A stretch of 64,000 bases of DNA from positions 248,001-312,000 of the forward strand of contig OZ361258.1 in the NCBI GenBank assembly GCA_977018835.1, in the 5' to 3' direction. Below, piece by piece: positions 37,544 through 49,619 of the stretch. The stretch is from Minutocellus sp. GHC0000111 (lineage: Eukaryota). The translations under genes were made by a program, and so were the position numbers. Each line of letters opens with the position of its first letter. Positions within the stretch are counted from its first letter, which is position 1. The notes beneath the pieces are model-generated. The model saw only the letters and a list, made by a program, of their open reading frames with translations, did not search any database and was not told the DNA's origin.

Positions 37544-40324
37544 TTACTCATCACGACTTGACTGAGTAGAGAGGTCCAAGGTATAGGAATCCTCGTCCAC
37601 GCACTGATCGGCGGTTCCAGCTGGCGTGCTCTCCACGCGGAAGGTGGTGATATAGTTGGTACTGTCGGTGCAGAAGTTAATCATTGGACTTTCCTTGATC
37701 GTAAGGAGGAAGGCCGCCTTCAACGTATACGGCACATCGAGGTCAAAGTCAAAGTCATCTCCGTGAGGGACGTCACCGGGACGGTTGCGAGTGACCGACG
37801 TCAGGATCATGTCCTTGCCTGAATCAAAGGCGGCGGTATTCTGAATCTTGTGCACATACACAGCGGTGGCGGTGCACTCAGCCGCGGTGGATGGATCATA
37901 CTCGTCGCAGGGCATCGTGGGATCGTCGTTGATGAAGCATTCGGTGCTGAGCTCAAGGGTGCAGTCGGGCTCGGTTCCTGCCTCCGTCGGTCCTCTCGTA
38001 GGACGAGGAGTGGGCGGGTCTGGATTCGGCGTCTGATCCGCCGTGGTCAGGGTGTAGAAACCAGACTTGTCGCAATCCTCGCCACTTCCGAGGGTCTTGG
38101 TGTGGAATTGGAAGCGAGTTTCGACGCTGCTGGATTGGCAAAAGTTGACAACCTCCCCCTCCCATTGGTTGATCTCATACGGATCCTCGCCAACGGTCGC
38201 AATGACTGTGCCCCACCGGCCCTCCTGACATTTACGAGGATTCCCTTTTGGATCTTCCGGCGGGTTTGTCTCCCAGTAACTTCCATCGCGGTATCGCTGC
38301 ACCTTGACAAGAGTGGAGGGGATCCCGTGAGAGACGGTGTAGGTGTACCGCACCTGCCGGGAGCAGTCGGACTGGCTTTCAGGAACGTAGTCATTGCAAT
38401 CGATGGTGTTCTCCCAATCCTTGGGGGGTCCGGTATGACCATCTGCAATAACGCATCCTACCAAGGGCATGGTCATGCCACAGCCGGCATCGGGAATTTC
38501 GGGCGTCGGTGCCGGTGGCATGGGGGTGGGCGGCGGAGGTGTCGGGGCATCCCTGACCGTCAGCTTGTACTGCTTTCGGCCCGTACAGACCGTGTTGGAA
38601 TCGCTCAATACCACAGCTTCGGCCAACGTCTTGTACTTGGCCGCCTGACAAATGTTGACCACCACCGTCTCGGTTGAGCGGAAGGTGGCCGTACCAGCCG
38701 AGGGAATGCGTGGGTTGGAAATTCCATCCGACGTACCGAGCCAGTTGTACTCCTTGGGCCGAGCCACCTGGACCGGCTCATCGCCCTGGCGGGTACGCAT
38801 CGCCCAGGTCCACGTGCTGGCCTCCGTAGTCGTCGGGGCAATGGTAAAGTTGTACCGGAGCAGAACTTCACATGGATCACCCACAACAATGTTGCTATCG
38901 CCCTGCCCGGTGGTGGGAGATACCACCACACCCTTGGAACGGACCTCGTTGGCATACTCCTGACAGTCCATGGTCGGGTCGGAATCCAAATTGCACGTCA
39001 CCTGCACGTCGATGCCGCAATGCGGTGCCTCCAGGGGGGGACACTCCGTCGCGGCGGCGTAGCACGCGCTGCCCACCTTGTCCACGCCGGACGCCATGGG
39101 GACCTTGTCGTACATGATGCAGGCCTTGTTTTGGTCGGGGATATAGCTGAATCCCATGCAGTCGTCCTTTTGGTTGCAAAAGCTCTCGCATTCCGCAATA
39201 CTTTCGAGGGGGAAAGATTTGAGCACTTCCAAGGAATCATCGCACGGCTGTCCCATCGTCTTGGTGTACTTCGGTATTACCTCGATCATGGTGCTCTGAT
39301 TGATGACATCGCAATGGTTGTTGACGTCGCACCCATAAAAGTACTTGTTGCGCTTCAAAAAGTTGTTCCCACTCAAGGTCACGTCGACATTGGTTGAATC
39401 GTCCAGCATGGTCACGGCACCGTTGAAATCGCACTGCTTGGCCCTGCCCTTCTTGTTGAACTTTTTGAGATTGTGGGTAAAACCGGCGGCGATGGAGAAG
39501 GTGACTGGTTGGCATTGGGTGATGGTGATGATGGGTTCCGGGTTGGGACCCCAGGCAATGGTTTCGGCTGCTGGTGAAGTCATATCCATATCGTCACCAT
39601 TATCGTCACCATTGTCAGTTGATTGACCAGCCTCGGGGTTGGCGGGCATGTCGACCCCCAGCAACGATGCCAGAGCCTGGCACGGCAGGTAGGTGGCACA
39701 ATTCGCCAGGCTGCACTCGGCCGAACCCAAATCGGTCTGGCAGCACTGGGCCGGTGCGCATGCCTCCGTGCATTCGGCAATACCGTCGGGAGACATCAAA
39801 CTGTCCGACGAACACACGGCAGCCAGATCGGCCGGTGCCGGACCCAGCGCCATCGTCGGATTGGGCATGGCGGGACAATTGTTGGGGTCGGATTCGCCGC
39901 ATCCCACCATGGTACATCCCGGCTTGCCGCAGAATCCTTCCCCTTCGCCTCCGCCACCCATCATGGATCCCAACCACGCGCCGTTCCCCCGTCCGCCCGA
40001 CAGTTGGGTCGAGGTGCAGTCGGCGCAATCCTGCGGCACGGCGCAGAGGGCGGCGTCGGCCTCATCTTGCGCGGCACGGGCGCACACCTCCTCGGGTGCC
40101 CCGTCGGGCTGCGGGCTGGTGCGGTAGCAGGCAATGTCGGCGATGATGCATCGGTCGAAACTGCCCGCGTTGGGGTAGAAGGCCCCGCAGGAGGGATCGG
40201 ACAGGCATGAGACGCACGAGGCGTCGTGCTGCTGGCAGGCCTGGCCGTGGGCATGATGGAGGGCGGTGGAGAGCACCAGCAGGGCCAGAACGGCGGCCGG
40301 GGTAGAGGAGGTGCAGATCTTCAT
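37544..40324 (-). CDS. Secreted mosaic protein: PSI-like module, phytocyanin-like cupredoxin, PAN/apple-like domain, three Cys-containing beta-rich repeats
   Basis: 926-aa intact ORF with a signal peptide. THNL...CDF...YFYGCDVNNHCDVINQ; ECESFCNQKDDCMGFSY...ACIMY; three C...C..Y...C...Y.Y...VNFC-type repeats. Confidence 0.85.
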   Translation of the reverse strand: MKICTSSTPAAVLALLVLSTALHHAHGQACQQHDASCVSCLSDPSCGAFYPNAGSFDRCIIADIACYRTSPQPDGAPEEVCARAAQDEADAALCAVPQDCADCTSTQLSGGRGNGAWLGSMMGGGGEGEGFCGKPGCTMVGCGESDPNNCPAMPNPTMALGPAPADLAAVCSSDSLMSPDGIAECTEACAPAQCCQTDLGSAECSLANCATYLPCQALASLLGVDMPANPEAGQSTDNGDDNGDDMDMTSPAAETIAWGPNPEPIITITQCQPVTFSIAAGFTHNLKKFNKKGRAKQCDFNGAVTMLDDSTNVDVTLSGNNFLKRNKYFYGCDVNNHCDVINQSTMIEVIPKYTKTMGQPCDDSLEVLKSFPLESIAECESFCNQKDDCMGFSYIPDQNKACIMYDKVPMASGVDKVGSACYAAATECPPLEAPHCGIDVQVTCNLDSDPTMDCQEYANEVRSKGVVVSPTTGQGDSNIVVGDPCEVLLRYNFTIAPTTTEASTWTWAMRTRQGDEPVQVARPKEYNWLGTSDGISNPRIPSAGTATFRSTETVVVNICQAAKYKTLAEAVVLSDSNTVCTGRKQYKLTVRDAPTPPPPTPMPPAPTPEIPDAGCGMTMPLVGCVIADGHTGPPKDWENTIDCNDYVPESQSDCSRQVRYTYTVSHGIPSTLVKVQRYRDGSYWETNPPEDPKGNPRKCQEGRWGTVIATVGEDPYEINQWEGEVVNFCQSSSVETRFQFHTKTLGSGEDCDKSGFYTLTTADQTPNPDPPTPRPTRGPTEAGTEPDCTLELSTECFINDDPTMPCDEYDPSTAAECTATAVYVHKIQNTAAFDSGKDMILTSVTRNRPGDVPHGDDFDFDLDVPYTLKAAFLLTIKESPMINFCTDSTNYITTFRVESTPAGTADQCVDEDSYTLDLSTQSSRDE

Positions 40325-40982
40325 TGTGTATTGGTTCTATTGATTCTATTGTCCTATTGTTCTTCGGTGGAACGACGAATATCGAAAGTAGATCCCGAAA
40401 CGCCGCACACTTTCACCTCGAGCAAGGTGGAAGATACGCCCAAAAATGAAAACTCACGGCAGCTAACTATTCAGTCACCCAGAATGATCAATGCAATGCT
40501 AAGGTTGTTGTGGAGTGCTATCGTACACGGAATGCCATTCGCGGCGGGAGGTCAAGGCAGGCATCTAATCGGATCGAATGACCAAACAGTCGACAAGATC
40601 CAAACGTTGCGCAAACCCGCCAACGGCAATCGCATGGGATTTTGGTCTGTCCTTCGTTCGCCGGAAGCACGAAACGTACGTAGATAGATACGATGTACGT
40701 ACATAAAAGGAAAAACGCGCGCTTCTGATGAGGCCAGCCAATTGCTGAGGCCAGGCGCGAGAGAGAAAAGACCGAAAGGACCTTTGCGATACCCACCCAA
40801 CGTATATCGGTAGAACATAATTCTTGATATGATAGGTAAGAGCTTATACATGAGCATTTACATCTGGTCTTGCCGTTGTCGTTTCATTTGTTCGTCGTTG
40901 TTTTCTTCTCTCGGTTGCATAAAAAAGGTGTTTTCAGATTTGTAATGTACATGTAAATCTTTACACCTTCAATTGATTCTTC

Positions 40983-43900
40983 TTAAGACCAATTCAGGCT
41001 CGAGGCATCGGTGCAGTTCTGCAGCTTGACCTTGGCACCGGCTTCGGGAGTGCTTTGGGCATACGAGATGCACAGATTGGGATCGCGAGAGCGAAGTACG
41101 CCGCCGGACTCACCCCGGAATCGTTGCTTGCGACTTCGCTTGCAGTTGGAAAGCTTGATGCTGGATCCTTGAAGGATGCCCTTAAGACGCCAGCTGTGAG
41201 TAGTTACATACATCAGCAATGCCGATATTGGAAGGAAAGAGAGAAATGATGAGATGATAAGCCATAAGTCGAATCAAAATCAAAATCAAAATAATACATT
41301 CTCAGCAAACACATGAATCAAGCAACAACTTACCAGAGGCTAGCACCGTTTTACTGCTCCTTGGTCCGAATGCGCCGTCTTCCATCCATTCTCCACAGCA
41401 TACTGTTGTTATTCTTGTCGCACTCAAACAGTTTTAGGATTTTCCCCGGCATCGGCTTGCCACCGGCAATGCCCACGCAAAGATTCTTCTCCTCGTCGAG
41501 ACTGATAAGCTTGAAGTCGTGACGTGCCGAGTCCCGTTCGACGAGAAGGCTGATGACCAAGGAAGCCCCTCCAGCATTGCTCCTTAGATAGATCATTTCA
41601 GGCATCTCTTCGTTGACGGTGAGAAGCAATGGGCCATTTTGAGCGCATCCACAATCATTGCCCGGTAAAGATAGTGCTGGAGCACCAACATCGGCGCTGC
41701 CATGAACGGAAACCATGCTGGAGTCCCTGATGGTAAATCGATATGTTACACCATGCTTCAGCTTGATGTCTTCTGGCGCTATAGGACTAGTGCCGTCAGG
41801 CTCAAAGAGATTTATATTGCCGGTAGCCGGGTCGACACGAACAATGAATTAATTGTCACAGACATATCCTTGCCACTGTACGTTTCTACAGACCCCACCG
41901 GGGTCGCACATTGCCCCGTTATTTCCTGGAAGGCACTGGTGACAATAGTAACCACCGAGAAGAAGAGCATCAAAGTTCAAGTCGCTCTCTGGCTCACAAT
42001 CAGTGCGGTTGGCTAGGAGGGTGGCAGCAGCGTCCATGCCAGCCATACCTGCTTGAACGTTTGGGTCATCGGAAGCATAGCCAGTTCCAACATGGACCTG
42101 TTCAAAGAGGGTAGAGTTCGGAGAGATCTGATTGGCGGTGCAAGTATAGTTGGTGGAAACTGAGAAGTCATTGCCGAGAGCTGCGGTGGCAGTAGCTACA
42201 GCGTCTCTGAAGCCTTCCGTCAATCGGCTAGCGTACTCAGTAGGGCAGGCTGTAGAAGGCTTGACGGCGAGCAACGCGTTGGTTTCGTCATCAACAAAGT
42301 GAAGTATCTTCGCCTTTGGTGAGAAGGACATTCCGTTGATCGTCTTGTAACCGGTGTCGATACCACCTACCATGGCACCTGACTCAACATCAAAGGCATG
42401 AATTTTTCCAGTTCCACGTTCGGCCACGAAGAGCCGAGTTCCGTCGGGAGATAGGGCCAGTCCAGTGGGTGTGTCCAAGCCCTTGGCAAATACGCGCTGG
42501 CCAACGCATTCCCAGATGCTATACTCAAATGAAGGGAGTCTGTTCGAGAAAATGGGGTACTCCTCTCTCGCGGTGCGGGCATACGTGCCGCTATCGGCGT
42601 CGACCACGAGGATCGTTCCATCTCCCGGGTTGGCAATGTAAATCTCCCGGCGGGTGGGATGAACAACCATGCCCGCATGGACTCCATCATCTCCCTTATG
42701 AAGCTTTACTTCAGGGTACCTTCGGATGGCGGCTACGGAGTGATCCATCGACCCAGGACCGTGGGGTTGCTGGAAATCGAAACGGACTAGCTGACCCTGT
42801 TTTCTATCGCCCGTGCTATCAAAGGCCCAATACACAGTACCATACGCCGTTTCCACTTCAGGGTCATGCGCGATGCCAATACAAGAAGGCGATTCATGCA
42901 ACATGTCGGCGTGAAGGAAGTAGCAAGGCTCCGCAGCCGAGTCACAGGGTTCACCTAATCTATTGACAAGGTTGCGCTTGGCGGGATCAGGGTCAGTATC
43001 ATAAAGAGTTGGGCCCATGAAGAAGTTCGCCTGCAGAGGAGGGTGGAGTCATAAAGAGATAGGGCGTTGTATTTGTGCAAACAGTGTGAGAGATGCATGT
43101 ACAAGGCCAAGACAAACCGAAAAAATTACGATATACTCACCTCCTTGGACTCCATGTAGTCGTTAATGTTGTCATTGCAGACCGCAAAATATTCAAAGGT
43201 ATCCTTTTGGGCATCTCGACCAGAGTTCGAAACCATGTTGAAGGAAAGAGCCGTGGCGTTTATCATATAATGGTAGAATCCTCTATCTCTCCGGCTGAAA
43301 TCTGTCTGAAATTCTGTACCAAGCGCAGCGACAATGCTGACACTGTGATTGGCACCGTTGGCCACCCACGCTTCTTCCCCGACGCTGGGGTTGAATTCCC
43401 TGCCCTCCGATCGTTTACCAAGATGAAGGCCGGGGGTCGGATGGAACGCAACGTCCCGCGGACTGTCGAAACCAGTCGCAACCTCCACAACCTCGGCACC
43501 ATTAAATTCTGGGATGCACACTGGAAGACACAGAGATGAACGGGCAGAATCCAGAGTGCTGACATCGACATTTGACGAGGCTAGGAGGATATTATCCTCT
43601 CCGTCTGGACGGCATGCCCGCACTTCCACGGGCGACGGGCAGGATTCCCTCTGCGCCGCTTCGGGACCCACAATAGCTTCCCCCTCGTCGGTAACCGTGG
43701 CCTCGGTGGCCAAAGCCGGGCGGTTGTCCACGACCGTCCGCCAACGGAACTGCATACCGTCGGTTATTCCACAGTCAATGCTGCACGGTGACCACTCGGA
43801 AAACTCTCCAACGATGCACTTCTGCTCGTCTTCTGGCTTCGGTTCAGGTTCGGGCTGGGTAGTAGTTTCGGTCTCGGTCTCGGGCTCTCCCGATGAAGGC

Positions 43901-44649
43901 ATATCGGCCATCTCTTGCATGATTGCATCGATGGCAGTGCTGAGCATCCCGTCCAGCTGCCTTGCAGTTTCGGGCTGACAATCGGAATAACGGATGAAGC
44001 CACAGCACGGACCGACGAATTTATCCCTTACCACCATACCGCCACTACCCTGCTCTTCCTGCTGTAGCCTCGCCGGCGCCAAGATGACGTACGAGGGGTG
44101 ACCAAACGGAGTCGTAAAGAAGTCATCCCGCATCACATAATTGATATCTGATACCGTCCAGGGCATTTCGGTTGGCTTCACAGTCGAATCGGGAAATAAT
44201 CGAACGGCATCGTTCTGGTAGATCGATGCCCAATTCTCACAAGCACTCCCGCCCTTCAATGAGGTGACGAAGACAATTTTGTTCTTGTTCGTGTTGTACA
44301 TGTCGTGATATTTTTGTGCAACATGAGCGAAAACACCCGATTCCCTCCTCCCGGCGTTGCACCCAATATAGTGGTTGGCCATGACAATCACCGTGCCCTC
44401 GTCCGCCGCCAGTTCGTCAAGCGTGAAGCTGCTCGGGGTGGACGGCACGTCCGCCGGCGAGGGGTGGCATGTGTCGTATGATTTTTGGAGATACGATTCG
44501 GGTACCTTGGAATCGACGCAGAGCGATGGAATTTCCTTCCCAGTATCATCCAAGGGAGGGCATGTGTCGGTGCAGCCTTGGCCCGAGACCTGGCCGAGGC
44601 TGCACAGCATGGCTAGCAGGACAACGGCGGCATTGCTGGAGGGCCACAT
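40983..44649 (-). CDS. Secreted mosaic protein: thioredoxin-like region, TSP1 repeat, beta-propeller, ricin-B-like lectin; 3 exons; two premature stops
   Basis: Signal peptide; CIVGEFSEWSPCSIDCG...RWR (TSP1); SPRDVAFHP and TPTGLALSPDGTRLFVAE (propeller). Introns 43031-43140 and 41194-41333. In-frame TAA at 41849-41851 and 41351-41353, each followed by continuing coding frame. Confidence 0.8.
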
Positions 44650-44961
44650 GACTTTTCCTCGGCCGATCGGCGCAGCAGCGGAAGTTCCGGTTGATCGCGA
44701 ATTGAGGGTGCGGTGTCTATTCGTTTATGCAGCGGTTGTGTTGTGCTGATCTCACTATAGGGCGCCGAGGGCTGGACTGCAGAGGATGCACGCCTACAAT
44801 GCAATAGCAGTGTGAATAGCACGGCCGAATATGGCTGAATGTCTGGCTCTGCTGACGCAGACATCGATCACGAAGAATCGATGCATCGCGGAAGCAGCAA
44901 AGGCGCTTTTCGCTTCGGCGTCCGACGCGCGTACGTAGGCCTACGTAGGGGTAAGTCCGTC

Positions 44962-46276
44962 TGTTGGACCGAAACCGAAGAATTCCCCGTTCGGCGGAAT
45001 CGGGAAGCCCACTTTTTCGGTTCGGCGGAATCGGTCCGATTCCGCCGAATGGCACTCTCCTTCCCCGAGACCAAAGAATGGCTGCTTTTCATCGGTTTCG
45101 TGATTTTTTTTTACGAAACCGAAGAATGATGCTTCGAGAGAATCTTCTTCGACGATTCTCTCGTCTCCCAAGGGCCGCAAAGCCTCCTTCTCACAAGATT
45201 GCTCCGGTAGCAAACGAAAAAAGAAGTCGAGGCTGCTTTCATCACAATGGTTCTATCGCCTTGACCACATGCTGCGACTAGTAGTAGGCACACATGTTCT
45301 GCTCTTCCCTCGCCCCACCACAACGGATGTTGGTGCCCAAGCCGATAAACCTGGATTTAAGCTGTGAGCTGCAAAAAAAGAGATACAGTAGGAATTCCAA
45401 ATAAAAAGGAAAGAACAAAATGTTGCATCTAAAAATAATGAAAATGTGTCAAGGTCGAAGAGGAACTTACTTGAATGCACATCTATCGCATGTGTTATGA
45501 AGATTGTACATAGCATACTATTATAGCAAATTATGCTACTAGTATAAGTTCATTTATTTGCTGATTTATTTGTAATCCAATCCCAAGTTACAATGTGCGG
45601 CAAATGTAATGATGATGTGAGCAATGAGCAATGTGCTGGTCTACAACATATTTTCGCTCGACATGGGATCTGTCGTACCCACTACCACTGATTTCGGCCT
45701 CTCTCCAAAAGGCAATGTCGACTTCATTTCATAACGGTGCGCTCGAACATGCGGAACAGACTTGCGTGTCTTCCACGCTGCAAGTCAGGGAATCGTTGCG
45801 GTTGGCTGCAGCGGTTCTGCTCATTTGTTTTGTTACGCACATGCAATCGAATAGCGCTCTCAACAAAGTGAAAGCCGCATTGGCACTGGCCAACGCGAAC
45901 AAAGCGCGACGTGGCACCTTCATTCTTTGGTTTCGTAATCGGAAAACCCGAGACCGAAGAATGCTCAAGTTCTTCGCTTTGGTGCGGAGAATAGCCAAAC
46001 ACTGGCAAGAAACACCGGCGAAAAGAGCGTTCATTTCGATCTTTCTTGCCAAACATTGGCAGGAAACAGACTTCTAAAAAAAATCTTCGCGGGCGACACC
46101 CAGTGAAAAGTTGGAATTTTGCAGTTGTCTCTTTTTTTGCCAAAATTTGGCTGTTCTCCGGACCAGCTTTCGCATTGTGGAGAGTGCGATTTGGCCGATT
46201 CGTTTTCGGTTCGGCCGAATGGTAAAATTGCCCCCCGATTCCGCAGAATCGGGAATTCTCCGGTTTCGGTCCAACA
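44962..46276. mobile_element. Non-autonomous DNA-transposon-like element, ~1.3 kb, with imperfect ~100-bp inverted termini
   Basis: Left tgttggaccgaaaccgaagaattcccc...gcactctcc matches the reverse complement of right ggagagtgc...gaattctccggtttcggtccaaca. The interior is partly AT-rich with no convincing ORF. Confidence 0.6.
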
Positions 46277-46323
46277 CGTCTGGTCTGCCTCCTGCCTCCC
46301 GTCCCTTTGCTGGCGCACAAAAC

Positions 46324-46529
46324 TAGGGTCGTCTGACCTGTCAGATTGGCCGGCCAATCTCCAAAAAGAAACCAAATAACTTTTGATGTGGAGGCCCCAC
46401 AGAAAAATCAAAAACACATTACTAACTTACTTTTTTGTGAGGAATGTCGCTGTGGTCTTGTTTTTGATTAAAATTGTTCTGCATGATCGTCTTAATTGGC
46501 CGGCCAATCTGACGAGTCAGACGACCCTA
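46324..46529. mobile_element. MITE, ~0.2 kb, 35-bp near-perfect inverted repeats, TA at both ends
   Basis: tagggtcgtctgacctgtcagattggccggccaat ... attggccggccaatctgacgagtcagacgacccta. Confidence 0.8.
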
Positions 46530-46539
46530 CATGAATGTA

Positions 46540-47380
46540 AGGTACGATAGTCCACAATTTTAGGCTCTTTTTGGGCCGAGGTCCACAAAATGTGTGGACT
46601 TTCGTCAACTACCTGGTTTGGCGGAAAGTCAATTAGAATAAGGAAAGGACCTACTACCCAATACGGAATCTATTTTTTTGTATTAAACTCCCGAAGGTAG
46701 TCGGACGAAAGTCCACACCGGAAGAGCCTTTTTTGTGGACCTCGTTTGGTAGTCAAGGAGGCATAAGTGATGGCGCCATGATGATCGCCTCCGAGTTTTT
46801 GCGTCGCTCGCAAAATACTAGCTAGTGCGGCAGAAATTGCGACGTTCAGAGTGGAGCAGGAGAGCATGCGCCATGAATGCTGGCCCTGACGCAGCAGCTG
46901 GGGATGGCGCCCCGGCAGTTTTGCCGGTACCAGCACAACTACCACTTTTCCCCCTTCCAAACTTCGCCAATCCCGAACAGGACGTCGGCAGTGCAAGATC
47001 AAACCCGGCGGCGGCACGATGCAAACAATTTGCTGTTCATAGCCTACCTATTTGATGTCGATGCCATCTTGGTTCATGAGCCATACCGTTTGCATTTTCA
47101 AGAAGCAGATCAATTGGACAAGACGCATCCAACAACAAGAGCTGTAGATCTATGTGCTATGCTGAAAGTAGCCTCCCATTTCATTCAAATTCCCATAATT
47201 ATTGCCAAATAAATGCACATGCATGATGCGAAAGTCGATAGAGGCGAATGCCAGGATGCTCTCCAATTGTACCATTGTTGCATTTTTATCCCCGGCATCT
47301 TGCTCCTACATTTGTGTTCATTGCACGTGATGCTCATACACACATACTACAACGTTGTGGACTTTCGTCCCGCACTCCTA
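46540..47380. mobile_element. Possible third degenerate element with repeated GTGGACTTTCGTC/GTCCACA inverted motifs
   Basis: acgatagtccacaa (~46545) versus ttgtggactttcgt (~47355); internal inverted pair at 46578-46614 and 46696-46744. Confidence 0.4.
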
Positions 47381-47600
47381 CGTAGATTTCTACTATTACG
47401 ATTATTGTAGATCTACATGTACAGCGAACAAAGACATCCGTTGCAAGCAGACTCCCTCCGTCTTCGTCGTTGTCGTCATTGTCTCAGTCACAAATTCAGT
47501 GACTCTTCTCCTCGATTGTACACGTGAAAATTGTCATAGATCTACATGTACCATGAAACGCAACTTGCCTTTAACATTCTACACCCTCGATCGTCGGTCT

Positions 47601-48979
47601 TCAAGACCAGTCCTGGCTCGAATTTCCAGAGCAATTCTGAAGCTTCACCTTCACCCCGGCTTCCGGCGAGTTGGTGGCGCACGCGATGCAAAGGTTGGGA
47701 TCACGAGAACGGAGTGGCCCACTGCCGCCCTCGGTTGTTGTGGCAATGCTGGCGAATCTCTGCTTGCGACTTCTCTTACAGTTCTTGAGCTTGATGCTGG
47801 AGCCTTGAACCATGGCCTTTGGATGCCAGCTATGATAGTATAGCAGAAGTAAGTTGTACATGTATGGGGAATGATGTTGTGAGACAGGACGAGTGAACGC
47901 ATAGAGAGATACATGTACACGTAAGGGCAAAATATTGAGGGCACTTACCAGAGGTTCGCGCCGTTGTACTGCGTCTTGGTTCGAATACGTCCCCTTGCAT
48001 CCATCTTCCACCTCATGTTGTCATTGCTCTCGTCGCAGTCTGCCAATTTTAGGATTTTACCTGGCATTGGCGTACCGCCGGCAATGCCCACGCAGAGACT
48101 ATCATCTTCGCCGAGCCTGATTAGCTTGAAGCCTTCTGCTTCAGGCTGGGTCGCCGGGCAGTTGGCAGGATCGCTATCGCCACATCCCATCATGGTACAG
48201 CCGGGTCGACCACAGTATTCGCGGCCGGCGACTCTGCCGAACCAGGCGCAATTACCACTGCCATCCGAGAGAGGAGTAGCCGTACAACTTCCACAGGTTT
48301 TCTTTGCCGAGCATATCATGTTGTTTTCGGAATCGGCATTCGCTTTTGCGCAGGTTTGTGCGGGAGTCTGCTCGGCGTTGGACTTGTAGCATGGGATGTC
48401 AGCGATGATGCATCTATTGTAGCATCCCTTACCTTGATACCAGCTGCCACACTCCGAGTCACCTAAACACTCCAGGCAGTCATCGTACGAGGAGCAATCC
48501 TTCTCTTCCGTTGAACTATTCTCTTCTTTTGGTGGCGCCGGGCATTTGTTTGGGTCGGTATCGCCACACCCCATCATGGTGCAGCCGGGTCGACCGCAGT
48601 ACCCCTTGCCAGGGATCCTGCCGAACCAGGCGCAGTTGCCGTTCCCGTCCGAAAGAGGAGTGGAAGTGCAGCTGCTGCAGTCCTGCGGGGCCGCAGAGCA
48701 TGTGGCAGCATCGGCCTTGTTTTTGTCGTATGTGGCGCACACTTGAGCCGGGGTAGTGCTGCCCTCAGCGGTGGTGGTGCGGTAGCATGGAATGTCGGCG
48801 ATGACGCAACCGTTGTAGCAGCCATTGTTTCCGTAATACGAACCGCATTCGGGGTCGTTAAGGCATCCGAGGCAGTCGTTGTGCTGACATTTCTTTATCC
48901 CCTGTCCGTTGCATAGATGTGCGCTGCTGGCCAGCAGGGTCAGAGTCAGTAAGTGAGCAGGACGAGATGCGATTTTCAT
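47601..48979 (-). CDS. Secreted protein: 2 PSI-like Cys-rich modules plus ricin-B-like lectin, 2 exons
   Basis: Signal peptide and two CL..PECGS...IADIPCY...GRPGCTMMGCGD-type repeats. LCVGIAGG...LADCD...MRW. Intron 47830-47948 splits a Cys codon (TG|C). Confidence 0.85.
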
Positions 48980-49619
48980 TTTTGCAATTGAATCGTATTT
49001 CGTCAATAGGTTCTCGTTGAAGATATCGTTGGTGAAAGTGCGTTTACGCCCTTTCGTCGGTCAGAGTTCGAATTGTTTTCTCCTTTCAAGTGGAAAATGA
49101 CGTCAAAGTAGCGGTGAACTTTTATTGGCTGTCTATTCTATTGATCTTCACCCGAGGGAAGTACTTGAATGAACGATATGATTGTAATTGATATTATGCC
49201 TGCTCCGAAGGATCGTGTCATGGTTGCGGTGAAGAGAAGATGGCACATCAGTACTTCTTGCTTGCTTGGCAACTGTGATGAGAAATGGTTTCATCGCGCG
49301 CCGCAGCAACAAACAAAACAAACGAAACCAGTTGATTTTGAGCTGCTCATTTTCAGGGTGGTTGGTATGATCGTTAGGTGCCTTGACTGCCGACCGGCCG
49401 TATGACGACCTTCCTTCGGGAGTGATAGCCCTGGCCGACCACTACGTAGCTAGCTAGGCCACACAGGGAGCGTTCTTGAAATCCAAGTGTGACTCTACAT
49501 TGTAGTGGCTCTCTACTAGATCCACATAGATCTAAGCTTTTAGTAGAGGTAAGCAACCAGAAACTTAGGAGAGTTTCTCTCCTGCCTATGCAGCCAGCCT
49601 ACATACATGTATATGCAGC

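Noticed and set aside
45631..46077. 148-aa ORF inside the inverted-repeat element as a transposase
   Set aside because: No DDE or helix-turn-helix signature is visible.
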